A DNA stretch of 64,000 nt, from contig MU055263.1 of assembly GCA_013239625.1 (NCBI GenBank), positions 5,179,886-5,243,885 on the forward strand, in the 5' to 3' direction. A program made the translations under genes and the position numbers. This document shows positions 23,081 through 35,330 of the stretch, in pieces (the stretch's first letter is position 1; each line of letters opens with the position of its first letter). The stretch comes from Lama guanicoe (Eukaryota). The notes below the pieces were generated by a model. That model saw only the letters and a list, made by a program, of their open reading frames with translations, was not told the origin of the DNA and did not search any database.

Positions 23081-24469
23081 GACAAAGCCTTGCTTACAGC
23101 ATGTACTTACAGAGGAGTTATCCTTCCAGAACCCGACTGGACAGACGTGTCTCAGATTAAAAATGCTGCTGGCGAAAAGTGACAGATGCATTAACTGGGA
23201 GTTAAGCCTCCCCAACGCCTCCCTTTCTCTTTTCTGGGTCTTGAAAATGACTCATCGGCTCAGGATTGAAAGCAAGAACCAGAATATTCTTTATGGTCAA
23301 TGGAGAGGCTCTTCCTTAAAAACAGGGCAGCTACTCCAAATGTATGGATAACCAGCTGTGGCTTGAAGCATGTTTAACCACGTTACGCCTTAGCCAATGG
23401 CACGCTGTCACTGCTGTGTGCGTCTGTGTCTGGGCGCGAGAGGGACGGCTACAGATGCAGGAGTCCTTAATTTTACCATCTTAGAGGAGTCGTCATCATA
23501 TTTCTGAATAAGAGTTGTGTTTAGGCATCTCAGTGGTAAAAAAAAAAATTAAACATTTGTTAATCTAAAAATCCTTCATCTTTACAGTGTTGAGTTAATT
23601 TACAACTCTTTCATGAGATTCATTTATGAAATTCAAACCCATGCCCTCATTTACTGACAGGCTTAAATGAACTGTCAGGGACAGAATGGTTTCTTGGTGC
23701 AATAGATTTGAAAATGAAAGAATTTTTTTACAGTATTGAATTAATTATTAATTTATTGACTATTCCAAGCTATGGAAGGAAGGAAAACCTATCTGTAGCC
23801 AAGAAATGTTTCTTTACTCAGAGTTTATTTGCCATGATACATCAAGTGGTCAATATGACGTGAACATCTTTAACATATTTATGTCACTTGTGTATTACTT
23901 GTTACACATCAGAAATAAATGCTTGAGGAAATAAGACTTATCATGAAGAACAACTGTTTACAACTGACCATAGGGGTAAAATTTTCCTTTAACTAGTGAT
24001 TTTTTTCTTATTAAAACATTCATAAACTCAGGGAAGCTTCAATATTTCCTACATTCCTAAGCCCAGATCTGTGAGTATGTTGCTGGTATGGGATAAGAAT
24101 TTGCATTTAAGCTATTTTGAAAAGGATTTACTAAGTTGTTTTATAGTATAAATAGATTACTAGGCCGTAAGTTACTATGTTCTTAGAAAGCCGATGTAAA
24201 GGATGATGGTGCTAATTACATTTAGATCAACAATTAATATGGTTATTATAAATAAGTCTTATCCATTTATGAACATAGAACACAGAATTTACATCAGCTC
24301 ATTCATTCATCCAGGTATTCATTTTTTCATTCATTTATTCAGTAGAAATGGGTCAGAAACATGCCTAGGAACAAACTGACAATTGTGCTAAAATGTCATT
24401 GTTAGCTAGACCATAACAAACTTTTTTTTCATAAATATTTGCATGGCACCTGACTTAATGGTGGGTCAA

Positions 24470-24660
24470 AACAATGTTTCCACAATGGGCTGTGGATCTC
24501 CTGCAACAGGATTATCTGAGATTCCTGTTAAAATGCAGACTCCCGGGCCATCTCAGCTCTGTCTGTAAGATAGCTCTGTGTGCAGTCCGTAGAAGAAGTT
24601 TACAGCTTAATGGATTCTCCAGATGATTCTTAAAGATCTCAAGTTTGCACCTTGTCATTC
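24470..24660. mobile_element. MER5A-like hAT MITE
   Basis: ctgttaaaatgcagactcccgggccatctcag...ctccagatgattctta...aagtttg. Confidence 0.65.
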
Positions 24661-24724
24661 TAGATACCCTTCTTCTTCAGGCCATCCGTTTCAACCCTCT
24701 TTGCCACATGCACATATATAACCA

Positions 24725-25935
24725 CAAGTGAACTTCAAGAGGTGAAAACTACCATGTCTGGGGTGAAAAACACACTAGATGAAATTAACAAATTACACAT
24801 TATTTTTTAAAACTAGTGAACTTGAAGACACGCTAATAGTAACTCTCCAAAGTGAAACATTCAAAGAAAAAAGTTTTAAAAAAGAAATCATAAGCTGTGG
24901 GACGACGGCAAGCAGCCTCATGTACGTGTAACTGGAGTTCCCACCGGGAGGAGGGAGCAACGGCAAAAGCATGGTCCACAAAAGGACCAACTGATGCACG
25001 GGAAGTGAGAATTACAAGCTTCTGCTCTTTGAGAGGTCCTGCTGAAAAAATGGAAAGACAAGCCCCAGACTGGGAGAAAATGTCTGCAAGTCATATGTTT
25101 GATAGAAGACATATCTAGACTATATAATATAACTCTTAACTTAATAAGAAAACACACAAATAGCAAAAGATTTGAACAGACAACGCCACTTCTTTGAAGA
25201 CACATGGTTTGCAAATTGAGCACATGAAAGGATGCACAATCGTGTAGTCACTAGGAAAGTGCAACTTAAAACCACAAAGAGATACAACTACACATCTATT
25301 AGGATGACTGAAAATAAAAAGACTGACCGTACCAAGTGCTGACAAGGAATGTGGAGGAACCGGAAACTTCTTCATACATTGATGGTGGGAATATAAAATG
25401 GTGCAGCCATTTTGGAAAACAGCTTGGCAGTTTCTTAACAAGTTAAACATACACCTACCGCGTGATCCAGCCATTGTGCTCCTAGATATGTGCCCAGGAG
25501 AAATAAAATCCTATGACCACACAAATACTTGTGCACAAATGTATACAGCAGTTTCATTCTCAATAGCCAAAAAGCTGGTACATCCCAAATGTCCATCAAC
25601 AGGTGAATGGGTAAATGAATGATAGTATATGCATATAATGGAACACTGCCCAGTGGTAAAGAGGAATGAACTATTGATACACACAGCATGTGTGAATCTG
25701 CACATAATTATACGGAGTGAAAGAAGGCAGACAAAAAAGGGTACATTCTGTAGGATTCCATTTATATAAAATTCTACAAAATGTGAACTAATGCACAGAG
25801 ACAGAAAGCAGGTCAGTTGTTGCCTGGGGGATCAGGGTGAGGTGTACTCATATGTCAGAACATCAAATTATACACTTTAACTATATGAAGTTTATTGTAC
25901 TGTTTATCGATGATAACTCAATAAAGCTGTTAAAA
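24725..25935 (+). mobile_element. L1 (L1MC/MD-like): ORF1 fragment joined to ORF2 3' end and 3' UTR
   Basis: aaaaacacactagatgaaattaac...tagtgaacttgaagaca (ORF1); aaagacaagccccagactgggagaaaat, aaaatggtgcagccattttggaaaacag, cccaaatgtccatcaacaggtgaatgg; ends ctcaataaagctgttaaaaa. Confidence 0.9.
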
Positions 25936-26654
25936 ATGACTTGAAGATGGGAAGAGGGCAGTGGTGAATCAGGCTAAGGGCTGCCTCTTCAGATCCCCTG
26001 GGACCTGAACCTAAAATTTAGGAGGGGAACACCTGGTTGCTCACACCCAGTGGTGCTTGACTTAAAACCAGCAATAAAGGACTGGGGCTGAAATACACTC
26101 GTCCGCTGTTAATGTCACTGCTATCCAAACATTGGGCACCTGATTTTTGTTACACTAAAAAGTTTTAAAGATGTTCCGCTTCCGTTGTGCTAAAGAAATA
26201 ACTAGAGGGCCCCCACCTCTCTCAGTCCGGGTGTCTTCCAGCCAAGAGCACGTTGTGACAGTATGTGACGCCATCTTTACTTGGGAAACTCGGGGAAATC
26301 TATACGCAATTCTCTCAAACATCTTCAGAGCCTTTAAGCCTGGTCGCGCTCTGAAAATGACCGAGGTTGCGATGGTCACATTAGAACAAGCTATTCTGCT
26401 GTTTTAAACGTGACAACACCCACAGGGATTGCCCTGGACCTCCAGTCTCATGCACGTGCCCTGAATGGGGGCGAGAAGCCTCTCTCAGCGTCGGCTTCCA
26501 CACCTTCTGGCTCTGCCTGCCTCCTTAAAGGGACCTCCCACTGAAGTCAGCTTAAAAAGGACTCAGTTGTCCTCCTGACCCACCTCTATCTGCCATCGCC
26601 CAGATCTGGCTGTCAGAACTGAATTACCCTGTGATGACGATGCTTGTGGATTCT

Positions 26655-26830
26655 CTCACTCATTCAACAGGTATTTATTGTACATTTACTATGTTCGTGT
26701 GTTGCGTGAAACATACAAAACCTCTGCCATCATGGATGTTGGGGGCGGGAGGAGACGGAAATTAAGTAAATGCAGAATGAAAGACGACCCGTGGACCTGG
26801 AAGCATGACACTGAATAGGCTGCACTCAGT
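26655..26830 (-). mobile_element. L2 LINE 3' end
   Basis: cactcattcaacaggtatttattgtacatttactatgt. Confidence 0.7.
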
Positions 26831-28559
26831 AAGGTTAAAGCAGAGAGCACTTTGTGCCGGTGGCTTCTTTACACGTTGAGTGGGTCGGTTTGCCCTGGAG
26901 TAGTCCACCGTGTCCCCGCACACCAGGGACGTACCACAGGCTCTCCACGTGGCCTCCAGCACCTTCTTCGGACAGACCCTTCCCCTGGCCTCCTCTGCTT
27001 CGGCCCTCCTACGCTGCCAGGCCGTGCTGTGAGCCACGGTCCGTGGACCTGGTTTTCCACAGGCTGTGTGCACGGCCTAGCCTCCAGCTTTGGCACGAGG
27101 GCTTTCTGGCACCTCCTGCTCTGTACTCAGCCTCGGTTCCTGCGTCTGCAGCTGAAACCAAATCAGAAAGCATTCCCCTCAGACAAGGAGAGATTGCTGA
27201 CATCGTAGGGCAGGGAGCAGCCAAGAAGTTCATGTAATTCAGGTGGAAAACAGATCTTCCCTCTCATTCAAAATTCAAATGGTCAGTAGTGACTGCCTGG
27301 AATGAGATGAGTCATGAGGCTCAGGATCAAGTTAAGGGGCCCCGAACGATGACCGGGGTCAGCCAAAGCCGAGGGACAGGGCGATGCAGCAGCATGATGT
27401 GCAGTGCCTGCCAAATCCAGTCATTTTCAGGCTGAGGAGTGAGGCCCAGTGGGAGGGCTCTTGGAGGTCTCTGCTCTGCAAAATGAGGCTCAGGCTTCTG
27501 AGCTGATAGTCAAGACCATGAGACTCAGCTCCAGCACAGAGGTCCAGCCTTACCTTCTGCTACCTCCCCGGCCCTCAGCCTTGGCTGATCTCGGCTATTT
27601 TGAGATCAGCAACAATGGACTCCTTGTCCTTCCCCAAACTGATTTTGTTTGCTGAAGGCCATTTCCTCTGCATAGAATGGCCTATGCCCAATTTCCCCAC
27701 CGAAACGCTGGCTCCTGTAGGAACCCTCCTGGCGCCCCTCACCCCGAGCTCGCCCACAGCACTTGACCACACCTCCGCCACAGCGCCGGTGCAGCCTGCC
27801 AGCCACCAAGGAAAGATGCAAGTGTGATGCCCTCCGTGATGGGAGCTGCTGCATCTCTCCCCACTTCTCTTCTCTGCTGCCTCTTTAATGGTAAATTCCC
27901 TGATCTTCAGCTGAGTGCACAGTGACAGAAGAAAGACAAGATTTCCAAGCCTCTCTTGGTGTGAGCCTGGGAAGGACCAGGGGCAATGAGCCTCATGCAA
28001 AAGGAAGCTATATGAACAAGTACAATATTTACTGAGCTGTTAGGCACGTGGTGGATGAACCACTAAAGCATTTCCAGGAGGACATTTTCACCACTGGACT
28101 CAGTAAAGCGTTCTCTTCCTTGAACATCCGTAACACCGTATTGTAACCAAATCTCAAACCTTCCCTGCTTTTTATTACGACGGCTTAAAAGCTCACCTCG
28201 TGCTCCTTAGTAATGTTCCTCTCCTTAAGGTCAGGGGCCGCAGCTGACTTACCCTGGTGTCCTCCAAGGCACCTCAGGAGCGGGCAGGCACTGCTGGATT
28301 GCTTCTGCCCTGACAGAGGTGAGGAACGGCTCAGAAACGCACTCAAACAATGACTTCAAATCCATATTCATTTTCCAGCCCGGCCCTGCGTCGGTCTAAT
28401 CACTCTAGGTGGCACCACTTCCTCTAATTTACTCCCAGTGGTCGATAAACATCAGGCACGTGGCCCATCATCTCGGCGTCCAGCACGCGAGGCTGAGGCG
28501 TAGAGCTGACGAGGGCGGGCCCGCTCGGGGGGCGGGGGGGCCTGGTGCCGGCTTCCTCC

Positions 28560-28900
28560 CGCAGAAACCCCATCGTGTCTCCTAGTTGTTAAACAAAGTA
28601 AAAACCCACCTGCTCAGCCTGAGCAACTGTTTTCAATCAATAATTAAGTAACGTTAAGGTCCCGATCTATACAAACTTATCAATATTTTCACTGAAAAGG
28701 AATCAATACAGACAGAGGGAAGCAGCCAAGTAAACCCTTTAATGGCTGCACCTGGGCTGTGAGAAGTAAATGAATTGATTGAATGAGTGGCCAGCATTGG
28801 CCTGCCAATGCAATTCTTTCTTCACTTTCATAAACGTGCCTGACAACCTAGTTTAACGCTCTCCCTTGGTGTCCTGTTCCTTTGATAAAGTTCTGTTCTA
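28560..28900. promoter_or_regulatory. Candidate enhancer (ONECUT/CUX-type ATCAAT cluster plus forkhead-like sites)
   Basis: AATCAATA 28635-42 and 28701-08, ATCAATA 28679-85, ATTGATT 28774-80; ttaaacaa and gtaaac; repeat-free AT-rich block. Confidence 0.4.
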
Positions 28901-29404
28901 AATGTTCTCCTCCAGGGGGGCACTGGCTTATGCTAATGCAAGGAAAGTTCTGGAGTTCACACTGATTGATATCTAAAATTCTGTGTCAGTGCTTTTCACA
29001 AAACTCCAATCCTGGCAAACCTGTGCGAGACACATAATTGTTCTTTCCCACTCCGTAGATGGGGGGACGAGGGCTTTAGGAGAGTGGAATCAGCCCTTGT
29101 GCCATCACGATAGCCAGTGAGGGCTGGCGCCAGTGCTCTCACCTCGTTCCAGTGTCCCCTGCCCTCTCCAGTCTCCTGGTCCTGCCACGCTGTGTTCTAA
29201 CATCATCCAGTCTGCCCTTCTCGCCGCGGCGGGCCCTGCTGCTGCCGCTCAGCGCTTGGTGGTGGAGACTGGCCTCAGGGTGGAGGAAGCCACGACGTGA
29301 AATGCATAATCCCCTTCTTTCCATTTTGGCCACTTGTCATCACTCAGAAGAGTCCTAGAGATTTGTCCTCAGCATCCACAGAAGCCACCAGCTCTATAAA
29401 CTCA

Positions 29405-29590
29405 GTGAGCTTGGGCTGAAACCCCAGCTCCATGATTTACTAGGTGTACCGCTCTTGGGCGAGTGATTTACTCCGTCTGAGCCTCAGTGTCAGTGTTTTC
29501 ACACTGGGAAGAGCATTAGGTGTGTTGTGAGGATTAAATGAGGTTATCCACGTAGAGCTTGGTGTCGCACATGTTAGTTATTACTATTAT
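29405..29590 (+). mobile_element. MIR SINE
   Basis: ttgggcgagtgatttactccgtctgagcctcagt...gttgtgaggattaaatgaggttat...gttagttattactattat. Confidence 0.85.
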
Positions 29591-29849
29591 CTTCTCAGAG
29601 CAAATTTCATTCTGCAAAAGCAACTTAGAAACAAATCTGACGAAGAAAAGAGGATGTTCCAGTTCGGGGTGGTGTCAGTCACTAAACGCAGCTCTGAGAT
29701 GCCCCTGCAGGTGCGCCCTGCGGCCGCGGAGCATCGCCACATCCTCAGGTAAGCGTGCAGTCTCCCAGGGGACCATTTCAAAGGCAAAAACACTTTTGGA
29801 TATGTGATTTCTGGACGTTTTTGAAAATCGCATCCCATGAGCCCTTCAG

Positions 29850-30135
29850 TGGCAGGATCTCACAGACAGAATGTGGAGAGGAGGAAGCGAGCAAAACAAG
29901 GGTAAATGCGGTTCAACTCCATCAACATGAAGTTCAGCAACAGGCTAGACCAGTCCTCGGGGACAGGCGGAGGGGCAGCAGTCACCTCTGGGGAAGAGGT
30001 GCTGGCGAGAAAGGGCCGAGGGAGCCCTCTGGAGGCTTAAAATGCCCCAGATCTTGCATTGGGTAGAGTGAACCTGTATCAAGCCGAACACTTAAGATTA
30101 GGCACTCTGCTGTACTTACGTCATGCCTCAAAGAC
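29850..30135 (+). mobile_element. Ancient L1 (L1ME-like) 3' UTR
   Basis: ggatctcacagacagaatgt...catgaagttcagcaacaggc...tcaagccgaacacttaagattaggcact. Confidence 0.7.
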
Positions 30136-30425
30136 TTTTTTGAGTCATACTTGTTTTTTGTTCCACTGGTGCCTCCTCTCAGTGTCCGTGCTGCCTCTGC
30201 GCCCCTGGCGTGGAGCTGGCCTCCTCCTGGAACACAGGGCCAGGCCAGTGGGAAACGTTCAGCTGGAGACAACTGTCGGCCGGCCACAGATGTCTGTGCA
30301 GACTGCTGGCTTCCAAAGCAGGGCCAGCCCTCACATACAGAGCTTATGTGTAGATTAGATTTCACATTTGCTAAAGAGAAGTGAAAATTCTTTGCCAAGC
30401 TCCAATTTCGAGATCTTTAGATGCA

Positions 30426-30426
<1 letters not shown>

Positions 30427-30478
<52 letters not shown>
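30427..30478. repeat. (TG)26 microsatellite
   Basis: Perfect dinucleotide run. Confidence 0.98.
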
Positions 30479-30480
<2 letters not shown>

Positions 30481-32419
30481 CCTTTCTGTCCATGTAGACA
30501 CGCAAGCTGGCCTTCCCTCGTACTTCGGGGGAAGCTTTTCTGAAATGTGCATGCTGTTGGCGTTTATTAAGTAGACCACATGTGGGAGAGGACAGGTCTG
30601 CATCTTTACCACTTTAACGAAACACCAGAGACCGCCGACCTGGAGGGGCCTTGGCAGTAGAGGTCATTCGGTGCGTCTTCCCTCCCTTTCAGCATCCTTT
30701 CAGTGGCATCCCTGACCGAGGGCGGCGACACGACAATGAAGTTTAATTAAGACGCCCAGAGAGGTTCTGTCTTGTTGGCCATGGGGTCATCCGAGGATGT
30801 GGGAGGCTGAAGGGTAGGTTTGGGCCGGGAAAGGAAAGAGCCGCCAAACAGCTTTTGGATGTGATCAGTGCGGACCCACCCTTGGCTCCCCTCGGGCTGT
30901 CGCCTGGTCTTCTAAAGCACGCCGCCCTGTGTTTACAGCAATTCAGCGCTTGGGTTGTCGGCAGTAGGTGTGTCAGAGAAACGCAGAAGTTGCGCTGGCA
31001 TTTTAGGTCGGCTCTGCCCTTCAGCAGCAACGGAATCTTCCCTCCGTGACATCTGCCCTGTCACCCAGGGCCCGTCAGCCGCCCTCCGCTGCTCGGAGCC
31101 ACTGTGCACTTTCTTTCTTTGTAAATATTTTTTTCAAAGGTTTACTTTTTGAAAGAGTAAATACACACTCTCCTCCATAAAGGCTGAAACTCCCCTTTTC
31201 CATCTCTCTCTCTGCCCTTCTTGGAATTGCCTCTCCCCTGCGGAGCACAGCTGAGAAATGCCCACTTACGCTCTGCAGAAGGGCTCTCCGTGCGGCAGGG
31301 TGGAGACCCTCCAGCTACAGAGTGACCTGCAAATTGCAGAAAGCACTTACTAGCTGCTGGTGGGTCCCAGTCGTGAATAATCGTTGATCGGCAGGGTCTG
31401 AAAGTTGGGTAATTAATGCTCGGAGAGGTGCGGAAGACGTCCTAGAAGAAAGGGAATGGTTCCACGGCTCCAGTCCATTCCGTCACAGTTTAAGTGCTTG
31501 CTACCGTATGTCTCTTTTAGAATGGGAACAACCTGGCTAACATCTATACCGCAGAAGGTAGCGATTGATAATGCGCATCAGTGTTAAGCAGACCTCGGGT
31601 TCTGTCCTGTTGCAGAGCTGGCTAGAGCAGCCGTTAGAGAACTAGAAAGCCACCTGAAGCTTTGCAGAGAGACACCAGAGTTAGCGAACGTTATAGCAGC
31701 AAAGGCCTTTCCCCCACATCGTATGTGAAATACTTGCCTGGACCACATCACCCCCAGAATGCTCAATGCAGTGTTCAGTGCCCAAAGCCCTGAAAACACA
31801 GCAGCCGTTGCTCCCAGGTCTGGTGATAAGAATATAATAAGAAAGGAAAAACCAAGCACTCACACAGCACAGAAGGAGGAAGGAGAGCCCGCGTCTCCCA
31901 GACGCGCACTGCGAATGCGGCCCCACGCTCGGGCAAGAGCGATGGCAATCTTTTAAGATGTTGTAAGGATTAAATTAAGCAAGAGGCACAGAGAACCCCA
32001 GCACAATGCCTGGCATTTAGCAGAAATGTGATAAATTGCAGACGTGTGTTTACACACACACGCAGGTACACGTACACACTTACATGCACGTAAGTATATA
32101 CACACATCCACGTATGTGTCTGCGTGTGTGTGTGTTTACATATAAAACTGTCTTTTTTAAGGCTACAACAATCTTGTTAGCTAAGGTTGAAACATTCCTA
32201 TTTCCTTTGCTAAAATAGGAATCAGTAGAACATTCAAACATCACAGGAAGATGAAAGGGTGAACGCAGACGTCTCCCAAAGCCAGCTGCCCAGCATTTTG
32301 TTGAAAACCCGTCCACACCCTCCTTTCTACACACGCACGCACGTTTACATGAGTGACGCCATACTGTGTATGCGCTCTGCAACCTGCCTCTTGAGTTCAA
32401 CAGCTGTCCTGGCGCCTGC

Positions 32420-32570
32420 GAGGCAGGCACTGTTGTTTCCGTCTGGGGGCAGTTGAGAAATCCAAGGCTCAGAGAAGCTGAGTGCATCTGCCCAAGGTCA
32501 GTCATTTTTCTACCAAGGGAGCAGAGCCAAAATCTAAAAATACACCTCTCTGACCCAAACACATACTCTC
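32420..32570 (-). mobile_element. MIR SINE fragment
   Basis: gcagttgagaaatccaaggctcagagaagctgagtgcatctgcccaaggtca. Confidence 0.75.
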
Positions 32571-33824
32571 TCCACACAAAGGAGAAGTAGACAGTTAGCC
32601 CTAGTAATTGCAAATGTCCCTTAAGAAAGATTCAAGTGTACACAGATCTACTGCTCTGCACCTTTCTGGCAGCTTGGCTGCAGACACATGAATGGCAGGC
32701 CTGTCCTGTTGGGAGTAATTTTAAAAAGAGAGAACCGAGGTTTGGGAATAGAGACGGGAGGCGAAACAGATGGCAAAGAAAAAGGAGAAGGTTTTGCACT
32801 GCAGCCTTGGGAAAGATAAGGGAAGAGGAGGGGAGGCGGTCCTGCCTCAGAACTCCCCCTGTCTCTGAGGAGGGAGTCGGGGGCTGGCAGGGGGAGCCGG
32901 GAGGGGAGCTCGCTCGCGCAGACCCGTGAGTCTAGTCCCCGAGCCCGGGGGGGGGGGCAGAGCGCCGGCTACCTCCTCGGCAGAGCACAGGTGAGGCTCT
33001 CCAAGGCCTTTTCCAGCTCCCGCGGCTGAGTCACTTTGATTCCACTGCACAGACTGGAGATGACATCAGAAAGGAGGGCTCCCAGCCACAGAATGAGAAA
33101 GGCACGGACATTTGGCTGGAGGATGCGAATCACATAACAACGCTCGTCAGCATGCATATCACCTTTAATGAAGCAGAGCAAGTCAACAGCCATCCTGTTG
33201 AAACAGTGGGGAAGGCAGGTACTGAACGGTTCCTCAGACTAAATGCAGAAAGGCAGCTAAGTGTAACGTGCATCGCTGCTGATGGGGGAGCTCCGACCGG
33301 CCGCATTTAGTGTCTACTTTTATGGCTCGTCCTCTTTAATACGAAAGTATCTGTAAGAGCTTTCATATGAATAGTCCTGACCTTCGTCTTAATTCTTCAT
33401 TCTCCTTAAAGGTCTTCATTTCCTCAGAAGTGAATCCCCTTACCACAAGGGTTTCCAAGTCCCGAGACCCACAGCTGAGACGTTTCTGCTTAGACGGGAA
33501 AGTATCATTTAGCCAGACTCAGCTCCTTTGGAATTTATAATAAGCACACCAGTTGTTTGAAACTTACTTGTGTACTAACTGAGCAACGAAGAAAATCAAT
33601 TTATATTATATAACATAAATGTATATCATAAACAAGCTTGGGGAAGACGCACGTCTGCTTCATCCCAGGCAGGCAATAAATGTGTGCTGAATGGACATTG
33701 TTATTTAAGCTGTGTTATTCCTAGAGTTTTTGGCAATGACAACTGTTGATTTTGAATGCGCTTCTGCTGTACGTCAGGATGAGCTGGACCAGAGCTCTGC
33801 CCGCTGACCCCGGCCGTTAGCTGG

Positions 33825-34741
33825 CAGAGCGGGCCTCACGGGTGTGCAGTCCTGTGTGGTTGGCCCTGTGCTTGGTTTCATGGCCTCCTGTCACTGCACT
33901 GAAATTTTTAATAATTTTATCTTTGACCTTGTGTTTTGTGAGTCCAGCCTGGGGAACAGTGGAGCGTGAGCTGGGGTGGAGGAGCTATGTTCACACGTGT
34001 CTTCTCCTTTCCATGTCGTTCCATTTGCACGTGGCGTCCACAGCACCCCATGAGCACAGGGCTCCAGGGGACCCATGGCGTGTGGGAGTTCAGCACTCTC
34101 AGAGCAGGCCCAGGGTGAGTGTGTTCTGTCTGTGACTGAGATGAACCAAATGCTGCTTCAAAAGCAGAAGGAAGTCAGAGGCATTCTGAAAAATACAAAT
34201 GCCAGGAAGCACCGCCAGGCCCTTCCTCACCCCCTTCACTTACACCGACAGCGACGGCACAGGAGGAGAGGAAAGACAGCAAGCCTTCAGTCCTCTTGCC
34301 TTCATCTTCCTTCCTCCTCGGGAAGCCACAGGTGGAAAGTGTTAGCAGGGCGTACACGTATCGAGAAGTGAAGGAGAGTTAATTTTGTGCAGGGTTCCCA
34401 GTCTTCTGGTAATGCACACGCGTGTACAGGCTGTAAAATACAAATTGAGTGATTTCAGTGACCTGCAAACATGTTCGGTGCGCTTATCTTTGCCTTTAAA
34501 ATGGGCATTGCACAGTATAATGATGAGCAATGGAATTCATGCCAATAATTTAAGTTTCTCTTTATTTGCAATGACATAAAATACCAAATGAAAAACACTA
34601 TGACAAACTGAAAGAGAAAGACTGTACAAGGAGGGAAGAAAGCTTTGCATTGTAGAAACTTGCAGCACTCTTTCCGGCCATTTCCCCAGGGGCCCCGTGT
34701 TTTAATTGCACTGAGCCCCACGGCTTGCATCAACCGCCCTG
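33825..34741 (+). mobile_element. MER45-family (hAT-Tip100) non-autonomous element, long form
   Basis: 5' cagagcgggcctcacgggtgtgc...gcttggtttcatg...tgaaatttttaataattttatctttga; 3' ggggccccgtgttttaattgcactgagccccac...cgccctg; no clear TSD. Confidence 0.75.
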
Positions 34742-35119
34742 ACTGTGTTCATCTGAGAGTAGAAACAGTTGCCTTATTGCCTCCGCTCACTGCTCCGTTC
34801 TCCTGACGAGCGTTCGGCGTGCCGGCGTGCGAGGAGCGTGCCGGGGCTGGGAGCACGCTGATGAGCAAAGGGGGGTGGTCTCTGCACCCGGCCTCCCAGT
34901 CTGCTGTTCTTGCTAGAAATAGGTCTCTGCTTTATGTCTGAGCGTCCTCTGAGTCAGTGAGACTTTCCCTATCAGGGCTAAACCAGGGAGGCGGGGCTTC
35001 CTGCTCACGGCAGCAAGGAAGCCCTCTTGTTAGATGTCTGAGTCCCGTCCGCACGGGTGCTTTTAGCTCTCACGGCAGCCCCGCAGCCACGTGGGGCACG
35101 GGAGCCGGGGTGAGGGTCC

Positions 35120-35330
35120 AGGACAGGGACAGCCTGGGAGTCCGCGTGCCTGGGTTTCACCCTAATTCTTACCTCTGGCTAGTTCTACACCTTATTCGCA
35201 CCTGTTCCGTTGTCCCCACCTGGAAAAGGAGGACGTGCCGGCCTCACCGCTGTCGGGGTTAGAGCGATGTGTAACCGGCGACGAGCCGCCCAGCCTCAGC
35301 CTGCTCCGTAGAGAGGGTCTGCGCGCTTCC
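35120..35330 (+). mobile_element. MIR SINE, GC-shifted
   Basis: ggagtccgcgtgcctgggtttcaccctaattcttacctct...ccccacctggaaaaggaggac. Confidence 0.55.
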
